This document shows, piece after piece, positions 44,201 to 50,932 of a stretch of DNA of 50,932 bases. Source of the stretch: Chiloscyllium plagiosum (Eukaryota). A program made the position numbers and the translations under genes. The first letter of the stretch is position 1. Every line of letters begins with the position of its first letter. The stretch covers positions 16,803,233 through 16,854,164 of the forward strand of contig NC_057751.1 of NCBI RefSeq assembly GCF_004010195.1. The letters run 5' to 3'. Below the pieces are notes generated by a model. That model ran no database searches and was not told the origin of the DNA. It saw only the letters and a program-made list of their open reading frames with translations.

Positions 44201-47200
44201 AACATAGAACAATACAGCACAGAACAGGCCCTTCGGCCCACGATGTTGTGCCGAACATTTGTCCTAGCTTAAGCACCTATCCATGTACCTATATTCCTCT
44301 GGTCATCTTATAAACCTCTATCAAGTCACCCCTCATCCTTCTCCGTTCCAATGAGAAAAGGCCTAGCACTCTCAACCTATCCTCGTACGACCTATTCTCC
44401 ATTCCAGGCAACATCCTGGTAAATCTCCTCTGCACCCTCTCCAAAGCTTCCACATCTTTCCTAAAGTGAGGTGACCAGAACTGCACACAGTAATGTTATA
44501 AGGTCACCCCTCAGCCTCTGACGCTCCAGGGAAAACAGCCCCCGGCCTATTCAGCCTCTCCCTGTAGCTCAAACCCTCCAACCCTGGCAACATCCTTGTA
44601 AATCTTTTCTGAACCCTTCTGAGTTTCACAACGTCCTGCCGATAGGAAGGAGACCAGAATTGCGCGCAATATTCCAACAGCGGCCTAACCAATACAGCCG
44701 CAACATGACCTCCCAACTCCTGGACTCGATACTTCTGTGATAACTGAGACAGGGCAGGATTGAGGTATCTCTAGAGATGAATATTTGACCTAGCTATTAC
44801 AGTTGTGTGATGTTGCAGAGTAGAGGAGTCTCAGAACGGAGAGAGTGGAATCACTTTCTGAGCTGTAATGCTGCTAGAGAGACTTGCTCAGCCACAGAAG
44901 GGGAATTGAAAATCTGATGTTTGACCCGCACGTCACCCCAGCCTCTGTGTTCAGAACAAAGCGGGGGTGGGGGGGGGTGAGTTTTAAAGGCAGTTTCGCT
45001 GGGATACGTACACGGTTCCTTCGAGTCCACGGTGGAACAAACGTGGAGAGCCTCACACACAGCACCGGGCTGCACTTCCCGAAACAGCAGATCGACAGCA
45101 GTATCCCCGAACCGTTCCATAAAACCGCGACACTTTGCCAGGTATTTGCCCGTCAGTCGGGAGCAGACCTGTTGGGGCAGCGTGGCGATGGCAGCCTGTT
45201 GGGGGGGGGGGCGTTGGCAGAGACGAGATTTTGAAAAGCAAACAGCAAAAATGGTCAAAACAGCGGAGACTATTCAGGGCAGCAGCGCATCCTATATTTC
45301 GGTTCCTGTTTTGACTTGCATCTGTAAGGGGGGAAAAAAATATAAGAGTAACCCGCCCACGCTCTGAAACCCGGTCGGTTTTCTTGAAATAGCAAAGGTG
45401 TTTGCCGCTGGGTCAGCACTAAGCAGTGCGAGTGCTATCCTCAGTGCACTGGGAATGAATTGAGCTCAGCTAGGAATCTAACGTCTGGCCCACAACACGT
45501 GGACCCTGCATTGTACCACAGGCAAAGTACAGACAGAACAGTGGGTATTCTCCAGGCTCCCCCTCGCCCGAGATCTTCAGGTTAAACCTCTAATGACAGA
45601 GGAAGAGAGGGATTGAGAGAGAGAGAGAGAGAGACACTGAGAGGGAAAAACCTTCCCAACTTGGTTCCCCTTCACCAACATTTCTCCCTACCGTTCAGAC
45701 ACAGAAATCCCTGCAGTGTGGAAACAGGCCCAACAAGTCCACACTTACTCTCTGAAGAGTATCCCACCCAAGCCCATTCCCCATCACTCTCCCTTTACTC
45801 CTGACTAATGCACCTAACCGACATATCAAGATGTGCAGGTTAGGGTGGATTGGCCGTGCTAAATTACCCATAGTGCCCAGTGATGTGCAGGTTAGGGTGG
45901 ATTGGCGGTGCTAAATTACCCATAGTGCTCAGGGATGTGCAGGTTAGGGTGGATTGGCCGTGCTAAATTACCCATAGTGTTAGGTGCTTTAGTCAGAGGG
46001 GGGGGTGGGTTGCTCTTCGGAGGGTCGGTGTTGACGTGGGCTGAAGGGCCTGTTTCCACACTGTAGGGAATCTAATCTAATCCCTGAACAATTTCACATG
46101 GCAGGTTCACCTAAACTACATGTCTTTGTGACTGTGGGAGGAAGCCGGAGCACCTGGAGGAAACCCACTCAGACATGGAGGGAGAATGTGCAAACTCCAC
46201 ACACAGACAGTCGCCCCGAGGCTGGAATCGAACCCGGGTCCCTGGCGCATGAGGCAGCACTGAGTCACCCTTCACCACCTTCCTAGGCATCTGCTTCGCG
46301 TATCCTGGAACTCAGCAGCAAAAGTAGTCACTCTGTCTACCGTGAATCGATCCTTCCTTCGATTAAAAGGCCAAAAGACGGTAAGTGATAGGAATGGGGT
46401 AGGCCATTCAGCTCTGTCTACCTGCTCCCTCGTTCAATAGGGTCATGGCCAATCCAACATTCCTCACGTCCACTTTCCTGTACTCCTTGCCCCCGTGATT
46501 CCCTGACTGGTCAAGAATCTATATATCTCAGTCTTAACTACCCACAAGGATTCTGCCCTCTCCCCCACCAACCAACCCACAGCCCTCTGTGAGTTCCAAA
46601 GCCTCACAACCTTCTGACAGAAGAAATTCATCCTCATCACGGACTTCGGTTGGCACTCACCCCTCCCCACCCCGTCTTATTCTGAGACTGTGTCCTCTGG
46701 TCCTAGACCGTCCCACATGGGGGAAACATCCTCTCAGCATTGACCCTGTCAATGAAATTGCCTCCCATTGTTCCAAACTCCAGTGAGTAGAGTCCCAACC
46801 TGTTTAGCCTTTGGCCATCAGACAATCCCTGGGAATCATCCTGGTGAACCTGCTCTGAGCTGTCTCAAACGAAACAATATCTTTCCTAAATTGAAAGGTG
46901 ACAGGAATTTCCAAAGCCCCGGGCCTTAGGAAGCTCAATGTGGGGTGGCCCATTGTTTTATACATTGGACACTATGAGGGCTCCCCCCCCCTCCCCCTGA
47001 GTTTTCTAGCTCTGCAGCTAAAGCCACTGGGATAGCATGGCAACCGGTGCATGCTGGGAGTGGCAGCTTAAAGAGAGATAGAGAGAAGATCGATCAGGCC
47101 CAGAAACACAGCAAGGCAACAAGAAACGAGGGGCTAATCATTGGCGGAGCGTGCTCCTCACAAAGCTGGAAAACCGCCACGGCAGATTGAGCGTCGACAT

Positions 47201-50200
47201 TTTGAAGTCCCGTCACAGTCGAGCCAGTAAAACCTGCTGCCATTTTGTTTGAGGTTTCAGGGCTGGGGTGGAAACCTGGCGGCCATGTTTCTGTTGCAGA
47301 CCATGTGACTCTCGAAATGCCTATCGACTGTCAGTTGTATTTTCCCAATCCAGCATAGTCGGCTTCCAAATGCGTGACTGCAGTTTCAGGGCCCTCGTTT
47401 CAAAAACGACTGTTTGACGCTCAAACTTAAAAGTGAACTCCGTCATGTTATGATCGCTATTGCCAGGCAAGTAACTCCCCACCATCGACAAGTCAGGAGG
47501 GGGTGAGGGAATACTCCCCACTTGCCGTGGATGGGGGCGAGCAGCTCCGACAACACTCGAGAAGCTTGACACCATCCAGGGACGAAGCAGCCCCCGCTCG
47601 ATTGTCCCCACACCCACAAACCCCCACTCCCTCCACCCCCCCCCCGACGCTCAGTAACAGCAGTGGGTACCATCTACAAGACGCACTGCAGCAACTCCCC
47701 CCAGGCTCCTCAGACAGCACCTTCCAAACCCCACGGCCACTTCCATCGGGAAGGACAAGGGGCAGCAGGTACATGGGAACACCACTCCCTGTAAGTTCCC
47801 CTCCGAGCCCCTCACCGTTCGCGACTCGGAAATATATCGGCCGTTCCTACAGTGTCGCTGGGTCAGAATCCCGGGACTCCCTCCCTGAGGGCGCTGTGTG
47901 AGGGGGGGGTCCCTACACCACATAGGACTGCAGCGGTTCAAGGAAGAAATTTGAGTTACTAAGGAGGGGCAATGAATATTGACCCAGCCAGTGACACCCA
48001 CGTATCAGTGAAGACAAGGGGGGGGGGGGGAATAGGTTAAAATGCAGATCGAGACACGAGCTGTCTATCCCCTTTCAGAATCAATGCATTTCAGAAGAAG
48101 AGTATAACCCACCTCCGTTTTCTCCTCAGGAAGTAGTCGTTGCAGCTTCTTCACAACGAGGACACAGGAGTCACATGTGTATCTGTCTTTGGGGAAGGGC
48201 ACCTGGTTCAACAGGGAGGCATAATGGGACAGTTGACCTAACTGTTCCGACCATGCACTGTAATTAGAGTCATAGAGACGTACAGCACGGAAACAGACCC
48301 TTCGCTCCAACCCGTCCATGCTGACCCAGATATCCCAACCCAATCTAGTCCCACCTGCCAGCACCCGGCCCATATCCCTCCAAACCCTTCCTATTCATAT
48401 ACCCGTCCAAATGCCTCTTAAATGTTACAATTGTACCAGCCTCCACCACTTCCTCTGGCAGCTCATTCCACACACACACCGTCTGCGTGAAAAAGTTGCC
48501 CCTCTTTTATATCTTTCCCCTCTCACCCTAAGCCTATGCTCCTCTAGTTCTGGACTCCCCCACCCCACAGAAAATATCTTGTCTATTCACCTTATCCACG
48601 CCCCTCATGATTTTTGTAAATCTCTATGGGTTTCCTCCGGGTGCTCCGGTTTCCTCCCACAGTCCTAAGATGTGCAGGTCAGGGTGAATTGGCCATACTG
48701 AAAAATTGCCCATCGTGTTAGGTGCATCATTCAGAGGGAAATGGGCCTGGGTGGGTTTCTCTTCGGAGGCTCGGTGTGGACTGGTTGGGCCGAAGGGCCT
48801 GTTTCCACACTGTAGGGAATCTAGTCTAATCAAATAAGGTCACCCCTCAGCCTCCGACGCTCCAGGGAAAACAGCCCCAGCCTCTTCAGCCTCTCCCTGT
48901 AGCTCAAACCCTCCAACCCTGGCAACATCCTTGTAAATCTTTTCTGAACCCTTCCATGTTTCACAACATCTTTCCGATAGGAAGGCGACCAGAATTGCAC
49001 GCAATATTCCAACAGTGGCTGAAGACTGTGAGCTGTGAAACACTAACTTTGTTATATCTACTGCTGTTTTACACTAGCGCCTTCCCACATTGGATCACGT
49101 GAGTGACCGACACTTCCTTGCAACCTGTCGCAGTTAGTGAAGTTAGTTATCTAAGAGTACAATAATATCTGGGGTGGTAAAGAAGGTCCACTTCCCTTTA
49201 TTGGTCAGAGTATTGAGTACAGGAGTTGGGAGGTCATGTTGCGGCTGTACAGGACATTGGTTAGGCCGCTGTTGGAATATTGCGTGCAGTTCTGGTCTCC
49301 TTCCTATCGGAAAGATGTTGTGAAACTTGAAAGGGTTCGGAAAAGATTTACAAGGCTGTCACCGAGATTAAAAGGGCGAGGCTAGACAGGCTGGGGCTGG
49401 TTTCCCTGGAGTGTCGGAGGCTGAGGGGTGACCTTATAAAATCATGAGGGGGGGCATGGATAGGGTAAACAGACAAGGTCATTTTCCTGGGGTAGGGGGG
49501 GAGTCCAAACTAGGGGAGGTGCTTGTGTGGAATGAGCTGCCAGAGGAAGTGGTGGAGGCTGGTAGAATTGCAACATTTAAAAGGCATCTGGATGGGTATG
49601 TGAATAGGAAGGGTTTGGGAGGGATATGGGCCGGGTGCTGGCAAATGGGACTCGATTAGGTTAAAGGATATCTGGACAGAAGGATTTGTCTCCGTGCTGT
49701 GATATAGAGATCACCTGTTGGACTGGCGTGGACAAAAATCTGAAGTCGCACAACCAGGTTTATTTAAAAATCACATACCTTCGGAGCACCGCTCCTTCAT
49801 TAGATGGAGCACGCCCACGCTATCCATCCCTAGTTAGGTGCCCGAAACTGGATTCGAAAGCTGCACTCAGACGTGGCTAATTAGCTCAGATCGAGACAAA
49901 AAAAACAGAGACCGTTTCCACCCCCCCCCGCCCCGTTACGCAGCCCCCAGGCAATTTTGTAAACCAGCGCCCCTGAAGAAGGGCTTATGCCCGAAACGTC
50001 GGTTCTCCTGTTCCCTGGATGCTGCCTGACCTGCTGCGCTTTTCCAGCAACACATTTTCACCCCTGCAATCAATCCTACCCTGATGCGTTTCCAGACTTC
50101 GTTGGACTTTGGTGAGAAATTGTCCACGCCCGTCTTTGCTTTGGCGTGGAGAGATCCTTCCTTCAGGGATTTGCACAGGCCGAGGGCAGCGCACAACGCA

Positions 50201-50208
50201 TCCGGTTC
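35201..50208 (-). CDS. SFTPB: Multi-saposin-B-domain protein, probable surfactant protein B (SFTPB) orthologue; last six coding exons, 5' exons beyond window
   Basis: complement(join(35201-35263,35592-35669,40652-40785,45012-45195,48113-48202,50080-50208)). Frame continuous. End of one saposin domain (LCAALGLC) plus two complete 6-Cys saposin B domains; no C-terminal SapA as in prosaposin; convergent with USP39 as human SFTPB is. Confidence 0.8.
35592..35669 (-). CDS. SFTPB: SFTPB-like exon
   Basis: CEEFVYTHVPLLTTVPEYPEDYDLCG; cag| ... |gtgagt; 78 nt. Confidence 0.85.
36340..36850 (+). mobile_element. Tx1/L1-clade LINE 3' end
   Basis: LHFSPTLLIFG...DLLVGLLLGLAKLAINRSRRRA...ELFRERWAP resembles the Tx1 ORF2 C-terminus; AATAAA at ~36811. 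Confidence 0.65.
37290..37800 (+). mobile_element. Degenerate non-LTR LINE 3' fragment (L2/Crack-like)
   Basis: ILGFTVDRKLNWDS...RAGQRLGILQRV...KAQVR..EY; same family at 47475-48000. Confidence 0.6.
37805..38360 (-). mobile_element. Old CR1-type LINE 3' fragment
   Basis: ...AVQRRFTRLVPG...RGDRIE... on -. Confidence 0.6.
38484..38813 (-). mobile_element. V-SINE (HE1-like), full length
   Basis: Head, core and long (TAATC)n tail. Confidence 0.88.
39680..40640 (+). mobile_element. CR1-type LINE 3' fragment with a nested opposite-strand CR1 tail (~40190-40390)
   Basis: VIHFGGKNRKADYYLNG...RDLGVLV...KKANGMLAFI...VRPHLEYYVQFWSP. Confidence 0.85.
40652..40785 (-). CDS. SFTPB: SFTPB-like exon
   Basis: (S)LPIVSCDMCEEVARQFKVAQTKGTRTDLVLREACNPFSDISNFV; cag| ... 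|gtgagt; 134 nt. Confidence 0.85.
40960..41555 (-). mobile_element. CR1-type LINE 3' fragment
   Basis: RSWGVMSRLYRALVRPLLE... and the family 3' tail; continues at ~42030-42135 beyond an inserted SINE. Confidence 0.8.
41560..42030 (-). mobile_element. V-SINE (contains gap) inserted in a CR1 fragment
   Basis: Head, core, 52-bp units, tail on -. Confidence 0.8.
42336..42370 (-). ncRNA. Minimal type I hammerhead ribozyme motif in Penelope pLTR
   Basis: Minus strand AUUC-CUGAUGA-A-GGGC[UUUU]GCCC-GAA-ACGU-C-GAU; GUC cleavage triplet. Confidence 0.72.
42778..42813 (+). ncRNA. Hammerhead motif in the inverted pLTR (one helix II mismatch)
   Basis: CUGACGA-A-GUGC[UUUU]GCCC-GAA-ACGU-C. Confidence 0.55.
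43850..44730 (-). mobile_element. CR1-type LINE 3' fragment with a nested second-subfamily CR1 (~44198-44490)
   Basis: VRPLLEYCAQFWSPSYRQDVV... and QFWSPHFRKDVEALERVQRRFTRMLPG... Confidence 0.85.
45012..45195 (-). CDS. SFTPB: SFTPB-like exon
   Basis: AAIATLPQQVCSRLTGKYLAKCRGFMERFGDTAVDLLFREVQPGAVCEALHVCSTVDSKEP; cag| ... |gtacgt; 184 nt. Confidence 0.88.
45705..46262. mobile_element. Nested V-SINEs: older minus-strand copy split by a 5'-truncated plus-strand copy (~45828-46081)
   Basis: Minus tail at 45705-45825 and head/core at 46082-46262 flank plus-strand 52-bp units and tail. Confidence 0.75.
47475..48000 (+). mobile_element. Degenerate non-LTR LINE 3' fragment (same family as 37290-37800)
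   Basis: Shared CCACCATCGACAAG..AGTCAGGAG..GGAATACTCCCC and CACTGCAGCAACTCCCCCAGGCTCCTCAGACAGCAC blocks. Confidence 0.6.
48113..48202 (-). CDS. SFTPB: SFTPB-like exon
   Basis: VPFPKDRYTCDSCVLVVKKLQRLLPEEKTE; cag| ... |gtgggt; 90 nt. Confidence 0.88.
48266..49020 (-). mobile_element. CR1-type LINE 3' fragment split by a truncated plus-strand V-SINE (~48626-48830)
   Basis: EYCVQFWSPSYRKDVV...LGLFSLERRRLRGDLI plus 3' tail. Confidence 0.85.
49190..49710 (+). mobile_element. CR1-type LINE 3' fragment
   Basis: Similar to 16100-16720 with internal deletions. Confidence 0.8.
49970..50004 (+). ncRNA. Minimal hammerhead motif in a Penelope pLTR fragment (49970-50062)
   Basis: CC-CUGAAGA-A-GGGC[UUAU]GCCC-GAA-ACGU-C-GG. 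Confidence 0.65.
50080..50208 (-). CDS. SFTPB: SFTPB-like exon
   Basis: EPDALCAALGLCKSLKEGSLHAKAKTGVDNFSPKSNEVWKRIR; tag| ... |gtagga; 129 nt. Confidence 0.82.
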
Positions 50209-50547
50209 CTAGTGGAGAGAGGCGAAAAAAAAAAAGACCAAACGCAGGAGGGATTAAAACGTGGAGGTCATTTTGCACACAATGGCTCCCCCCCCATCTC
50301 CCTTTAGCTAGCCCTCGACTCCTTGTCTTGACAGCAATTGTCGATTATCTCCTGCGAGAACCAGCTTGCGGATTTCCAAACCAGGTTTGGGTTTTGTCCC
50401 GTAGCTAACTGGGATGGGCAGAAACGGCTCTTGTAAATGGCAAAGCACCATCTTTTCCAACATTTTGTTGTTCCCCCCCCCCCCCCCGCTCTCTCTCTCT
50501 CTCACACACACACACACTAATCCCCTATAGAATTAAAATTCCCCACA

Positions 50548-50932
50548 AAATCCCTACAGTGTGGAAACAGGCCCTTCGGCCTGACGAGTCCGCACCGACC
50601 CACAGAAGAGTAACCCCACCCAGACTCATTCCCACTACCCTACATTTACCCCTGACTCATACACCTAACCTACACATCTTTGAGCACTATGGGTAATTTA
50701 GCGTGGCCAATCCACCCTAACCTGCACATCCCTGAACACTATGGGGTAATTTAGCATGGCCAATCCACTCTAATCTTCACATCCTTGAACACTGTGGGTA
50801 ATTTAGCACGACCAATCCACCCTAACCTGCTCATCCCTGAGCACTATGGGTAATTTAGCATGGCCAATCCACCCTAACCTGCACATCCCTGAGCACTATG
50901 GGTAATTTAGCATGGCCAATCCACCCTAACCT
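50548..50932 (-). mobile_element. V-SINE tail and 52-bp array (runs off window)
   Basis: CCCTACAGTGTGGAAACAGGCCC followed by reverse-complement 52-bp units. Confidence 0.85.

Noticed and set aside
35201..50208. Calling the saposin gene prosaposin or granulysin/NK-lysin
   Set aside because: It has at least three SapB domains (unlike single-domain NK-lysin), and it ends right after the last SapB without the C-terminal SapA of prosaposin. Exon sizes and position fit SFTPB.

Overview
Vertebrate nuclear DNA, most likely from a shark or other elasmobranch (inferred from the HE1/V-SINE and CR1/HER1-type repeats). It carries the conserved block found at human 2p11.2. MAT2A (+): coding exons 2-9 at 4794-7783, exon 1 probably in the N-gap at 3060-3540, and a 3'UTR with five METTL16-type UACAGARAA(-like) hairpins. 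GGCX (-): only the last three exons, 17586-13714. After a 500-N gap, USP39 (+): only the last five coding exons, 20379-32034. Tail-to-tail with it, a multi-saposin gene (-), 50208-35201 plus a probable non-coding last exon, whose exon structure and position match surfactant protein B (SFTPB). Introns and intergenic DNA are filled with tRNA-derived V-SINEs carrying a variable 52-bp internal repeat, CR1, L2-like and Tx1 LINE fragments, and Penelope-like elements. The Penelope-related repeats carry minimal hammerhead ribozyme motifs, often as long foldbacks. A 2.4-kb, apparently perfect 38-bp minisatellite derived from Penelope RT coding sequence lies in the last USP39 intron. Comparisons with human genes are from memory, not from a database search.
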